64,000 bases of DNA from assembly GCA_041666205.1 (NCBI GenBank), contig JBAYHI010000001.1, forward strand, positions 26,894 through 90,893, in the 5' to 3' direction. This DNA is from Patescibacteria group bacterium. Lineage in GTDB: Bacteria > Patescibacteriota > Patescibacteriia > UBA9934. The notes under the pieces are model-generated. The model saw only the letters and a list, made by a program, of their open reading frames with translations. It made no database searches and was not told where the DNA came from. Shown piece after piece: positions 9,586-19,044 of this stretch; positions within the stretch are counted from its first letter, which is position 1; every line of letters starts with the position of its first letter. A program made the translations under genes and the position numbers.

Positions 9586-12474
9586 ATGAACCACTTTTTT
9601 AAGTCCCGGCATAGCTGGGCAACCGAGCATGTTCGCTCGAGCGGATCATTTTTAAAGCGACTTTTCGGCTTTTTTGCCAGAAATAAGAAAGCGCGCCGCA
9701 CATTTATCAAAAACATCCTGCTTGCGGGCATTGCCTGCTGTCTTTTTGGGGCAATTTTCTTCCTTGGGATGTTTGCGTGGCTCTCGCGCGATTTACCCGA
9801 TCCAAATTCGCTCACATTGCGCGATATCGCTCAATCCACAAAAATTTACGATCGTACAGGCGAACACCTGCTATACGAAATTTCTGGAGATGAAAAACGA
9901 ACACTTGTTCAAATCAATGACATCCCTTCTTATGTCGTGCAGGCAACCATCACGGCCGAGGATCGTAAATTTTACGAACACGGAGGCATTGATTTCAAAG
10001 GAATGGCGCGTGCCATGCTTCGCAATATCATCAATTTCGACTTGACCGGGCAAAGTGGATCAACAATCACCCAACAGCTCGTCAAAAATGCGATTCTCAC
10101 CGGGGAAAAAAGTTATATTCGCAAAATCAAAGAGGTTGTGCTCGCAATCGCGCTTGAACGTCGTTATACAAAAGACGAAATCATGCAGCTCTACTTAAAC
10201 GAAATCCCGTACGGCTCCATGAACTATGGAATTGAATCCGCTGCACAGGCCTATTTTGGTAAACACATAAGTGACGTCACTTTGGCCGAAGCCGCAACAC
10301 TTGCTTCGCTCCCAAATCGTCCAAGCGTCTTACTCAACAATCCCGATACTCTTCTTAGCCGTCGTAATTGGATCTTGGACGGGATGTTTGAACTTGGCTA
10401 TATTACCCAAGAAGAACTTGATGCCGCGCTTGCCGAAGATACACCGGTTCGCGTGAATATTTCCAATATGGTTGCCCCGCACTTTGTATTGTGGGTCAAA
10501 GAGCAACTCGTGGAAAAATTCGGCGAAGTTGAGGTTGAGCAGGGTGGTCTTAGGGTCATCACAACGCTCGATTATGACAAGCAAATCGCTGCGGAAAAAG
10601 CGGTAAAAGACAATGTTGACGCGCGCGGATCTTCCTATAATTTCAATAATGCCGGGCTTGTAGCCATTGATCCAAATACCGGTGAAATTCTTGCCATGGT
10701 TGGATCGGTTGATTATTTCAACGACGAGATTCAGGGCCAAGTGAACGTTACCATGCGTCCATTGCAGCCAGGATCGAGTTTCAAACCGATCGTGTACGCC
10801 GCTGCCTTTGAAAAGGGCTATACCCCAAATACGATTCTTTGGGACGTAGATACACAATTCCCAACCTCCACGGGCATGTACCACCCGCAGAACTACAGTG
10901 CCAATGAAAACGGAGCGGTTACAGTGCGAAAAGCGCTCCAGGGTTCGCTCAATATTCCTGCCGTAAAAATGCTCTACTTGGTGGGCGTGCAAAACGCGCT
11001 CGACTTTGCAGAACGCTTGGGCTATTCCACATTTGGTGATCGCTCGAACTTTGGTCTTGCAATCGTCTTGGGTGGTGCAGAAGTGTTGCTCACAGATCAC
11101 GTGAACGCGTTTGCCACATTTGCCAATGGCGGAACCCTGCATGAGGAAGTATCGATTCTTAACGTTCAAGATAGCGATGAAAATGTTTTATACGAAAACA
11201 AACTTGAAGATCCAGGAAAACAAGTACTCGAAGCCAATATCGCCAATATGGTCTCAAACGTCCTCTCCGATAATGAGGCGCGTACCTATATTTTCGGCGC
11301 AAATAACTACTTGACGCTCGGTAGTCGCCCAGCCGCTGCAAAAACCGGCACCACCAACGATTATAAAGACGCTTGGACTGTTGGGTATACGCCGTCTCTT
11401 GCCGCTGGAGTCTGGGTTGGAAATACCAATGGCACTGCAATGAAACGTGGAGCCGATGGCTCGGTCGTTGCTGCGCCAATTTGGAATCAATTCATGCGTG
11501 AGGCGCTTGCAGGGACTGCGGTGGAATATTTCCCAAGTCCATCGATCCCAATAACCGGAAAAGCCATTCTTGACGGACAAATGCCAAGCACAACCGTTGT
11601 AATTGACACCGCGTCTGGCAAGCTCGCAACTGAAGCAACGCCTGATCGATTCAAAAAAACCGTGATGTGTGGCGAATACCACGATACGCTCTACTATGTG
11701 AGCCGCGGAAATCCGCTTGGTCCGGTGCCTACAAATCCGGAAAACGACCAATATTTCGATGAATGGGAATCGGCTGTGCAAGCATACTTGGTTCGCCACA
11801 ATGCAAACTTAAAGCCTGGCGAAGTTGCCATGGAAACGTGTGATGTGCCAACCGAATACGATGATGTGCATGTGCCAGCCAATGAGCCATCCATCAATAT
11901 CAAAAATCCCGACGACGGCGACAGTGTGGGTCGTACATTTACCATTCAAATCAATGCATCAGCTCCTCGCGGAGTGTCGCGAATTGAATATTTGGTCGAC
12001 GATCAATATGTGAAGACGTCGGAAGGCAGCTCTGGCACAACACTCACGCTTCCAACCTGGGTTGGAACTGGAAGCCACACCCTTTCAGCCGTTGCCTACG
12101 ACGATATTGATAATTCCAAGAAGGATTCCATTAATATTAACGTCACCGAGACCGGAGTCGGATCGCTTTTTTCCATTAGCAACCCATTCCAAGGCCAAAC
12201 CATAGAAAAAACGCAACCAAGTTACTTGGTTGTTGTAGAGGGCCCAACACTTGGGAGTTTCTCTGATCTGTATTTAGTCCTTACAAATGCAGTCACGGGT
12301 CAAACGTTTAATCTACTCGCAGATGACGAACCTGAAAACCTCAATACAGTCGAGTGGATGCTCCCAGAGGCGGGATCATACATTTTAACCGCCCGCGCAA
12401 CGCAGAGTGGCATCACAGTCGATTCAGAGCCCATCAGAGTTCTCGTCACCGACCCCGCAACACCAGCACTTTAA
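9586..12474 (+). CDS. mrcA: Class A penicillin-binding protein (PBP1A: GT51 transglycosylase plus transpeptidase) with C-terminal Ig-like extension
   Basis: N-terminal TM, GT51 motifs (EDRKFYEHGGID, GGSTITQQL, RKIKE) and transpeptidase motifs (SSFKP, SLN, KTGTT). Confidence 0.9.
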   Translation: MNHFFKSRHSWATEHVRSSGSFLKRLFGFFARNKKARRTFIKNILLAGIACCLFGAIFFLGMFAWLSRDLPDPNSLTLRDIAQSTKIYDRTGEHLLYEISGDEKRTLVQINDIPSYVVQATITAEDRKFYEHGGIDFKGMARAMLRNIINFDLTGQSGSTITQQLVKNAILTGEKSYIRKIKEVVLAIALERRYTKDEIMQLYLNEIPYGSMNYGIESAAQAYFGKHISDVTLAEAATLASLPNRPSVLLNNPDTLLSRRNWILDGMFELGYITQEELDAALAEDTPVRVNISNMVAPHFVLWVKEQLVEKFGEVEVEQGGLRVITTLDYDKQIAAEKAVKDNVDARGSSYNFNNAGLVAIDPNTGEILAMVGSVDYFNDEIQGQVNVTMRPLQPGSSFKPIVYAAAFEKGYTPNTILWDVDTQFPTSTGMYHPQNYSANENGAVTVRKALQGSLNIPAVKMLYLVGVQNALDFAERLGYSTFGDRSNFGLAIVLGGAEVLLTDHVNAFATFANGGTLHEEVSILNVQDSDENVLYENKLEDPGKQVLEANIANMVSNVLSDNEARTYIFGANNYLTLGSRPAAAKTGTTNDYKDAWTVGYTPSLAAGVWVGNTNGTAMKRGADGSVVAAPIWNQFMREALAGTAVEYFPSPSIPITGKAILDGQMPSTTVVIDTASGKLATEATPDRFKKTVMCGEYHDTLYYVSRGNPLGPVPTNPENDQYFDEWESAVQAYLVRHNANLKPGEVAMETCDVPTEYDDVHVPANEPSINIKNPDDGDSVGRTFTIQINASAPRGVSRIEYLVDDQYVKTSEGSSGTTLTLPTWVGTGSHTLSAVAYDDIDNSKKDSININVTETGVGSLFSISNPFQGQTIEKTQPSYLVVVEGPTLGSFSDLYLVLTNAVTGQTFNLLADDEPENLNTVEWMLPEAGSYILTARATQSGITVDSEPIRVLVTDPATPAL

Positions 12475-12478
12475 TCGC

Positions 12479-12512
12479 AAATAAAAAGAGCACCGAAATT
12501 CGGAGCTCTTTT
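12479..12512. terminator. Bidirectional intrinsic terminator
   Basis: aaaaagagcaccgaaattcggagctcttttt: a palindrome flanked by an A-run and a T-run between convergent genes. Confidence 0.65.
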
Positions 12513-12522
12513 TGATTTTGTG

Positions 12523-12828
12523 TTAGAAAAAGATGATGCCGATCATCGCACTCACCACGTTCATGACAACGGCGGCGCCGATTGCCTTTGCGCGACTCTG
12601 CGTGAAGAGCGTCGCAAATATGATTGCTTCTACAAACGTCACACACACTTCCACGAGGAGAAGCGACGCTCCATTCATGGCAAAATACCAGGCAATTGGA
12701 TGCGTCACCATGTTCACGCAAACGATTGCAAGTGCAAAGAGTTGCCAAGGGCTTTTGCGCAAAAACGCAAAGGCAATCGGCGCCTCAACCGCGATGGTGA
12801 GCGCAAGAAAAACTATTTCTTCTTCCAT
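12523..12828 (-). CDS. Small 3-TM membrane protein, hypothetical
   Basis: Cleanly hydrophobic 101-aa ORF co-oriented with the upstream secreted protein. The two overlapping plus-strand ORFs look spurious. Confidence 0.5.
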   Translation of the reverse strand: MEEEIVFLALTIAVEAPIAFAFLRKSPWQLFALAIVCVNMVTHPIAWYFAMNGASLLLVEVCVTFVEAIIFATLFTQSRAKAIGAAVVMNVVSAMIGIIFF

Positions 12829-13466
12829 GTTTTTTTACTCATCTTAACTGCATAGAAGACTCCCCCAACTCCCGCAAGGACCGCCATAATTGCGATAACC
12901 GTCGCAATAAGTGGAAGTGGGTTACCATGCTCTTCTGCAACGGTGGATGTTGCTTTTGCAGTTGTTGGAAGAATGGTTTCGGTCGTGCCGTCTTGATTTG
13001 TGATTTCTGTGCGAACCAAGTGTGCTTTTACCGCGGTATCCGTAACGCTGTCGATGTGAATAATTTTTGTCTGAGAGGCCGTCGGGTTTGTATCCGCGAC
13101 ATACTCGGCAAGAGAAACGTCCAAATCTGATTTAATAAACAGGCTCGCATTCACTGAACTCTGAGCCCAATCACCATATTGCTCCTGATCTGGATTATAT
13201 TGTACTGAATGCCAATCGACAATTTTTATTGCAAGGAGGGCTCCATCATAAAGACCCTGACAATATTTGGATTCACTTAATGTATCCGAACTCAAAAAAC
13301 CTCCGTGGCCTATTCCAGTGGCCACAAAATTATAATTTTGAAAGTCAGCTAGGTTATCTATCTGCAAACAGGAATCTACCGAGTGCGAATTATCCGGAAG
13401 CACATCCGCCGTGGCAACCGTAGGCAAAAACCCAATTAGAAGAAGCGCTGGCAATAGATATTTCAT
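12813..13466 (-). CDS. Secreted, C-terminally membrane-anchored hypothetical protein
   Basis: N-terminal signal peptide (MKYLLPALLLIGFLPTVATA) and a C-terminal TM helix followed by KKTWKKK. Confidence 0.6.
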   Translation of the reverse strand: MKYLLPALLLIGFLPTVATADVLPDNSHSVDSCLQIDNLADFQNYNFVATGIGHGGFLSSDTLSESKYCQGLYDGALLAIKIVDWHSVQYNPDQEQYGDWAQSSVNASLFIKSDLDVSLAEYVADTNPTASQTKIIHIDSVTDTAVKAHLVRTEITNQDGTTETILPTTAKATSTVAEEHGNPLPLIATVIAIMAVLAGVGGVFYAVKMSKKTWKKK

Positions 13467-13573
13467 ATCAAAATAATTTTATAGCGCAATCATACATCAC
13501 CCTCCATCAAAAATAAACGTACGGAACGAAAATCTTTGTTCCGTACGTGATCTTCTTGCGCGCCCAATGAATT

Positions 13574-14698
13574 CTATTGCCGAATTGGCATGATGATGTA
13601 CTGGAATTCCTCGTTTGGCATTTCTTTTGGAATGAGGACGCACGGATTTGTTCCGTCAATCATCTTGAACGTCACCTGATCACTCGAAATTGCGCCAAGC
13701 CCATCGAGTAAATATCGATAATTCAAGACAACACGATTTTCCGAGCCTTGAATGGCAGCTTTGAGCACGACGGTATTTTCTCCGCGTGTTTTGTCAGAGG
13801 CCGATATCTCAATTTGCTGATTATCGGCGTCGAGCCCGAGCGTGACGTCAAATAGTCCGGTCTTTGAGAACAAACTCACAGTCTTTACGGCCTGCACAAA
13901 CTCCGTGCGATCAAACAACACTTCGGTTTTTACTTGCTTTGGAATGATTTGCTTATAATCCGGATACGATCCTTCAATGACACGTGACGTGAGTTCTACC
14001 GAACCATACTGGAATACGATTTGATTGTCGGAAAGTCGGATCTCAACCGCACTTGGTGCCTCAACATCGTCTTTGAAGACGCTTAGCACACGACTAAGCT
14101 CTGCAAGCGTGCGTTGTGGGACAATCACGCGGCTCGAGGAGGATACTGCAGTCTTCAGAATGACTTCTGAAAGGCGATAGCTATCCGTGGCAGCGAGCGT
14201 CAAAAGTCCTGCTTCGTCAAAATTGAGTAAAATTCCCGAAAGTTCTGGTCGACTCTCGTTTGTTGCTGCTGCAAACAAAACTTGTGAAAGCGCCAACTGA
14301 AGATTTGCAACACCAATCGAATACGTTGTTCCCCCGCTCACCGGTGGAATGAGAGGAAACTCGGTTGCTGGAATGCCGTGAATCTTTGTTTTTGCATTCC
14401 CACATCCCACAAAGATGGCATTATCGAGCAAATCAATGTCCACTCGCTCGTTTGGGAGTAAATTTACGTAGTCAAAAAACAGCTTTGCTGGAACCGTATA
14501 TTCACCTCCTTGATCAACCTTCCCTCGAATTGCGCATGTGAGTGCAATTTCTAGGTTTGTTGAAATAAGCTTAACCCCTCCTGCGTCTGCTCGTACCAGT
14601 ACATTATTGAGAATGGGAAGATTTACATTCTTGGTTCCAACTCTACTTGTAATGGAAAGTCCTTGATGTAAATTTTCTCGTGTGCAAGAGAATTTCAC
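13574..14698 (-). CDS. dnaN: DNA polymerase III beta sliding clamp
   Basis: 374 aa with clear beta-clamp organisation, immediately downstream of dnaA. Confidence 0.9.
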   Translation of the reverse strand: MKFSCTRENLHQGLSITSRVGTKNVNLPILNNVLVRADAGGVKLISTNLEIALTCAIRGKVDQGGEYTVPAKLFFDYVNLLPNERVDIDLLDNAIFVGCGNAKTKIHGIPATEFPLIPPVSGGTTYSIGVANLQLALSQVLFAAATNESRPELSGILLNFDEAGLLTLAATDSYRLSEVILKTAVSSSSRVIVPQRTLAELSRVLSVFKDDVEAPSAVEIRLSDNQIVFQYGSVELTSRVIEGSYPDYKQIIPKQVKTEVLFDRTEFVQAVKTVSLFSKTGLFDVTLGLDADNQQIEISASDKTRGENTVVLKAAIQGSENRVVLNYRYLLDGLGAISSDQVTFKMIDGTNPCVLIPKEMPNEEFQYIIMPIRQ

Positions 14699-14957
14699 AG
14701 AAGAAGAAAATTAATTATATAGTTATAACAGTAATAGTAATAAGGGGTGTGGACAGAGGGGATAAGCCGATCGAGTGAATATTCATATGGCGATTTCGCG
14801 ACGCCTCTTGTGTGCTACTCATGTGAATACATGTGCTGCAGCTGTGTGGATATTTGGAGCTCACAGACGGCATTTGTTTAGTCACTGCTACATTGCAGAC
14901 TTATCCGCCGACTTGTCCCCCAAAAAACAGGGGCTTATTCACAACATGTACACTTTT
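14699..14957. other. Candidate oriC (dnaA-dnaN intergenic) with an AT-rich DNA-unwinding-element stretch at 14708-14745 and degenerate DnaA boxes
   Basis: AT-run aattaattatatagttataacagtaatagtaataa. Near-boxes tgtggacag at 14751 and tgtggatat at 14847. The position between dnaA and dnaN is typical of bacterial origins. Confidence 0.5.
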
Positions 14958-16373
14958 TTAGCCTGAGTAGAGCTTTTGCTTGATGAGATCAAGGTCGCGT
15001 TTGAGCTGCTCGTCGTCTTTTACGAGATTTAAAATCTTTGAATACGCGTGCATTGCCGTGGTGTGATCGCGTCCGCCAAGTTCAGAGCCAATGGTTGGGT
15101 AAGAACTCTTCATCTCTTCACGCAATAAGAACATGATGATCTGGCGCGGGAATGCAAGACGCTTTTCACGGCTTTTTCCAAGCACATCGTCCACCGCAAT
15201 ATCGAAATACTCCGATACAGTTTGGATAATTTGTTTTGGAGAAATGGTTTTTCGAATGGAGTTGAGTTCAAAGCTCGCAATAAGTGGTTTTACGGATTCA
15301 AGCGTTGGCTCCATGTTTTTAAACTGATGGTAGGCAACGATTTTATTAAGAGCACCCTCGAGTTCGCGCACATTTGAGGAAATATTGCTCGCAACAAAGT
15401 GCAAAATCTCGCGCGGAAGATCAATTGCGCGTTTTTGACACTTGATTTGTAAAATCGCAACGCGCGTTTCAAGGTCAGGAGCCCCAATATCCACGAGCAT
15501 GCCCCACTCAAGACGCGAAAGAAGGCGTTTTTCGAGTGCAGCAATGGCTTTTGGTGGGCGATCGGACGAAATAACAATCTGCTTGTTTTCTTGATGGAGC
15601 GAATTGAATGTGTGGAAAAACTCCTCCTGTGTTCCTTCTTTCCCGGTGATGAATTGAATATCATCGATAAGCAAAAGATCCACATTGCGATATTGATCCT
15701 TGAATTCTTTGCCTTTTCCACTACGAATCGCGTGGATAAAATCGTTTGTGAAGCGTTCGCAAGTGACGTAAAGGATGCGCGCATTTGGATTTCGTTCAAG
15801 CATCGCGTTTCCAACCGCGTGTAAAAGGTGTGTTTTCCCAAGTCCTACGCCTCCATACACGAAAAGCGGGTTATAAGTGCCACCGGGTTGCGCAGAAACC
15901 GCTTGAGCCGCGGCATGGGCAAGTTCATTGTGTTTTCCAACAACAAACGTGCCAAACGTATATGCTGGATTGATTATAATTGTGCCGTGCGATGGGCTTG
16001 GTTCAGAGAAAGATGGAGTAAATCCGAAATCTTCGCTTGATTCTTCCGGAGCACATTGCGCTGGAACGCCTGGTTGTTGGAAAATAATCGCTTGCGGTTC
16101 ATTGGCATGCGTTTCCACGCGATAAATGAGTTGTTTGATGTTTTGCTCCGTGATTCCTTGAATGCAATCCAAGATGTCACGGTGATATTTTTTTTCAAGC
16201 CATGCTTTTGTGAACGTATTGGGGACGCCTATGACAATGTGGCCATCCGCATAATCAGCAATAAACGTATTGCGAAACCACGTGGTAAAGTGGGCTTTGC
16301 TGAGTTTCAGCTCTAACTGTCCGAGTGCGGACTGCCACAGTTCATGGGTATTCATAGGAGGGTATGCGGGCAT
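14958..16373 (-). CDS. dnaA: Chromosomal replication initiator DnaA
   Basis: AAA+ Walker A (GGVGLGKTHL), Walker B (LLIDDIQF) and a C-terminal DnaA-box-binding domain. Alternative start at 16355. Confidence 0.95.
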   Translation of the reverse strand: MPAYPPMNTHELWQSALGQLELKLSKAHFTTWFRNTFIADYADGHIVIGVPNTFTKAWLEKKYHRDILDCIQGITEQNIKQLIYRVETHANEPQAIIFQQPGVPAQCAPEESSEDFGFTPSFSEPSPSHGTIIINPAYTFGTFVVGKHNELAHAAAQAVSAQPGGTYNPLFVYGGVGLGKTHLLHAVGNAMLERNPNARILYVTCERFTNDFIHAIRSGKGKEFKDQYRNVDLLLIDDIQFITGKEGTQEEFFHTFNSLHQENKQIVISSDRPPKAIAALEKRLLSRLEWGMLVDIGAPDLETRVAILQIKCQKRAIDLPREILHFVASNISSNVRELEGALNKIVAYHQFKNMEPTLESVKPLIASFELNSIRKTISPKQIIQTVSEYFDIAVDDVLGKSREKRLAFPRQIIMFLLREEMKSSYPTIGSELGGRDHTTAMHAYSKILNLVKDDEQLKRDLDLIKQKLYSG

Positions 16374-16397
16374 GGGTTTAATCGACGCGAGTCATTG

Positions 16398-16490
16398 TAT
16401 CCTACCTATCCACAGGTCTCAAGCAGTGAAAAAGTGGGATTTCTGTGCGTGAACTGTGGATAACCCTATGTGAATGTGGATAGCACCCCT
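16398..16490. promoter_or_regulatory. Cluster of consensus-like DnaA boxes upstream of dnaA
   Basis: tatccacag at 16407-16415, tgtggataac at 16456-16465 and tgtggatag at 16476-16484 match TTATCCACA or its reverse complement. Confidence 0.6.
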
Positions 16491-16552
16491 ATTGTTTGAC
16501 AAAACGCAATGCGCATGGTATTTTTCACGCACTTATTTGTTAGCAAGGCCGT

Positions 16553-16705
16553 ATGCCAAGACGAACGTATCAGCCAAAGAAGCGTCAGCGAGCAAAAGTC
16601 AGTGGCTTTCGAGCGCGCATGTCCACAAAGGACGGCCGAAATGTCTTGAAACGCCGACGCGCAAAAGGACGCAAGCGATTAACCGTAAAAGCACGTCCAC
16701 GATAA
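16553..16705 (+). CDS. rpmH: 50S ribosomal protein L34
   Basis: Translation [50 protein letters not shown] fits L34. It is absent from the ORF track because it is shorter than 60 aa. Confidence 0.9.
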   Translation: MPRRTYQPKKRQRAKVSGFRARMSTKDGRNVLKRRRAKGRKRLTVKARPR

Positions 16706-16707
16706 AA

Positions 16708-16729
16708 GAAGGGCCTCCCCTTCTTTTTT
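16708..16729 (+). terminator. Intrinsic terminator after rpmH
   Basis: gaaggg-cctc-cccttc followed by tttttt. Confidence 0.7.
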
Positions 16730-16736
16730 GTTCCTG

Positions 16737-16764
16737 CCGTCATCCTGAGCGTCAGCGAAGGATC
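16737..16764. repeat. REP-like repeat unit ccgtcatcctgagcgNNagcgaaggatc (family R, copy 1)
   Basis: The same 28-mer with 2 mismatches recurs at 58460-58487, where an inverted partner follows. Confidence 0.6.
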
Positions 16765-16863
16765 TCATGTAAAATTCTTGTAGATTGCTTCGTCCAGCTA
16801 AGCTGGACTTCGTCGGATTATTATCCTCCTCGCAATGACACAATTAAGGTAAGATAAGCATAT

Positions 16864-17214
16864 ATGCTTTCTAAAGAACATCGACTCCAAAAACGAACCG
16901 ATATTCAAAAGGTGTTAAAGGGCAAAAGTGTCTTTGACCCGATTTGTGGCGTGAAACTTTCCAAAAATGGTCTTCCTGATTCTCGTTTTGCAATCGTTGC
17001 GGGCCTCAAAGTGCATAAAAGCGCGGTAAAGCGCAATACCGTGCGCCGTCAATACAGTGAAATCATTCGCCTCAATCTTCAGTCCATCGAGCCAGGGTAT
17101 GATTTTGTGCTCCTGATTTCAAAGGCCTCACTTGATGTGCCGTACGCAGAAAAAGAAGCACAACTCATTGATGTGCTGAAAAAAGCCAAGGTATGGACTG
17201 GAAAGAGCGCGTAA
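16864..17214 (+). CDS. rnpA: RNase P protein component
   Basis: 116 aa basic protein in the conserved rpmH-rnpA-yidD arrangement. Confidence 0.85.
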   Translation: MLSKEHRLQKRTDIQKVLKGKSVFDPICGVKLSKNGLPDSRFAIVAGLKVHKSAVKRNTVRRQYSEIIRLNLQSIEPGYDFVLLISKASLDVPYAEKEAQLIDVLKKAKVWTGKSA

Positions 17215-17456
17215 AATGGATTATCCGTCACGTTGCCACTGCGCCGATTGTTTTGTATCAATACACGCTTTCGCCCGATCATGGACCACTCAAGGTTTAC
17301 CATCCGTACGGATATTGCCGGTTTTACCCGAGTTGCTCGGAGTATTGCCGGCAAGCGATTGTGAAAAAAGGCGTTGTCCGGGGGGTGGCACTTGGGTTGT
17401 GGCGTGTGCTTCGTTGTCACCCATGGTCCAAAGGCGGGGTGGACGCGGTTCGTTAG
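17193..17456 (+). CDS. yidD: Membrane protein insertion efficiency factor YidD
   Basis: YidD signature (YQ..LSP......CR..PSCSEY...A) and an overlap with the rnpA stop. Confidence 0.85.
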   Translation: MDWKERVKWIIRHVATAPIVLYQYTLSPDHGPLKVYHPYGYCRFYPSCSEYCRQAIVKKGVVRGVALGLWRVLRCHPWSKGGVDAVR

Positions 17457-17692
17457 CGCAACACGGTCAAATCAGGAATCTCAATGAGTTTGGTACGCGA
17501 ATGCGCGCCTTTTTTGATGGAAATGAGCGTCTTGGCAATGTGGAATCGTTTTGAAAGAAGCTCGATAACTGCGATATTGGCCTTATTTTCGATTGGCGCA
17601 GCACGAAGACTCACGTTTAAGATATTTGGTTCTTGAAACGACGTGATTTCGTCTTTCTTAGCGTTGAGATGAATGCGGGCTTCGATGATCAT
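17453..17692 (-). CDS. DUF167/YggU-like small protein
   Basis: 79 aa; the pattern V.AAP..GKAN.A.I.LL.K.F is typical of UPF0235 proteins. Confidence 0.6.
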   Translation of the reverse strand: MIIEARIHLNAKKDEITSFQEPNILNVSLRAAPIENKANIAVIELLSKRFHIAKTLISIKKGAHSRTKLIEIPDLTVLR

Positions 17693-17720
17693 AGAAAAAA
17701 GGCCCCGTTTGGGGCGCTTT

Positions 17721-19004
17721 TTATTTTACCATTTTTGATTTGAGGAGCTCGATTGTTTTTCGATTTACATGTTGAGCTCGCACATATTCGCGGTAATCTG
17801 GCCCGTAAATGCGTTTTTTGATTTCTTCGTCGTCGTATTGCTCGGCGATTTTATCAAGTTCTGGATCAAGTTCAGCGTCTGTCACTTCAATCTTCTCCTT
17901 TTTGGAGATTTCTTTGAGAACGAGTCCTACTTGAACGCGTCGAAGCGCGGCTTTTGCAAAATCGAGTTTCAAGTCGGCCGGTGTTTTATTGATGGATTTG
18001 AGGTAGGAATCGATTTCGAGCCCGCGATCTTTGAGTGAATGTTCAAGTTCGTGCGTCATTTTGTCGATTTCTTGATTGATCAAGAGATCCGGAATTGCCT
18101 CGAACTTGGATTTTTCTGCAAGAAGATCTAAAACCTCGCGATCCTGGCGCAAGCGTTCTTCTTCTTCATTTTCGGCCTGCATATTCTCGGAAAGCTTTTC
18201 TTCAAGCTTTGCAAGACTCTCAAGACCGACTTTCTTGGCAAATTCTTCATCGATCGTTGGGGTGTCGAGTCCGTAGATTTCATTTACAACCACGGTGAAG
18301 TCAATATTTTGACCTGCCAGATGCTTTTGGTAGTGATCTTTTGGAAACGGAAGCGTGAATGTGCGCTCTTCGCCTTCTTTTGCGCCAAGGATTTTCTCAA
18401 CAATGCCGTCGATGTAGTGAGGTTCTGCTGTATAAATGCCGTGATTGCGACCTTCCCCACCTTCGAGTACAACACCCTCTTTTTTCATGGTGAGATTCAC
18501 AACCGCTTTATCGCCCTTCACAAGAACTTCACCTGCAACTTTACGGGTTTCCTTGGTTTGCATGGTTGCAAGCTCTTTTTTGGCAGATTCAATGGTTTCT
18601 TTGCTTGGTTTTGTGTCTTTCTTTTCAACAGAAAGCTTTTCGTAATCAGCAAGTTCCAAAACCTTTGGGAAGAGCGCGACTTCGGCCGTGATGACCATAT
18701 CGTTGCCTGGGGCCATTTTGACTGCGTTAAAATATGGCTGACCAACGGTTTCAAGGTCTTCTTTGAGCATGGCGTCCACAAATGCAGCGCGAATGAGCTC
18801 TTCGGCAGCAGCTTCGAGGAGTTTCATTTCCCCAACGCGCTGTTTTACAACTTCATAGCTTGCTTTTCCCGGTCGAAATCCAGGAATCGAGCTTTCTTCG
18901 CTCATATGTTCAGAAGCGTGTTGCATTCCAGCTTCAACGGTTTCGGCAGGAATCGTGAGCGTAAACGTGGCTTTATTGTCTTTGATTTCTAATGTGTATG
19001 GCAT
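17721..19004 (-). CDS. tig: Trigger factor
   Basis: 427 aa with a ribosome-binding N-domain (GFRPGKAS motif), a PPIase-like middle domain and a C-terminal domain. Confidence 0.9.
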   Translation of the reverse strand: MPYTLEIKDNKATFTLTIPAETVEAGMQHASEHMSEESSIPGFRPGKASYEVVKQRVGEMKLLEAAAEELIRAAFVDAMLKEDLETVGQPYFNAVKMAPGNDMVITAEVALFPKVLELADYEKLSVEKKDTKPSKETIESAKKELATMQTKETRKVAGEVLVKGDKAVVNLTMKKEGVVLEGGEGRNHGIYTAEPHYIDGIVEKILGAKEGEERTFTLPFPKDHYQKHLAGQNIDFTVVVNEIYGLDTPTIDEEFAKKVGLESLAKLEEKLSENMQAENEEEERLRQDREVLDLLAEKSKFEAIPDLLINQEIDKMTHELEHSLKDRGLEIDSYLKSINKTPADLKLDFAKAALRRVQVGLVLKEISKKEKIEVTDAELDPELDKIAEQYDDEEIKKRIYGPDYREYVRAQHVNRKTIELLKSKMVK

Positions 19005-19044
19005 AGATTTGTTGCAAGTCTAGGCGAAAATACGAGCCCTGTCA

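Noticed and set aside
10330-11169. 279-aa minus ORF inside the PBP1A gene; similar antisense ORFs inside tig (18309-18992), dnaA (15290-15841), pnp (28035-28565), xerC (31444-31884), polA, hppA and the methyltransferase (60991-61518)
   Set aside because: Each is fully contained in a well-supported conserved gene on the other strand and has no recognisable motifs.
12520-12855. Two plus-strand ORFs (12520-12855, 12533-12847) overlapping the minus-strand 12523-12828 ORF
   Set aside because: The minus-strand frame gives three clean TM helices and is co-oriented with its neighbour. The plus-strand frames are Ala/Thr-rich without clear features. The choice remains somewhat uncertain.
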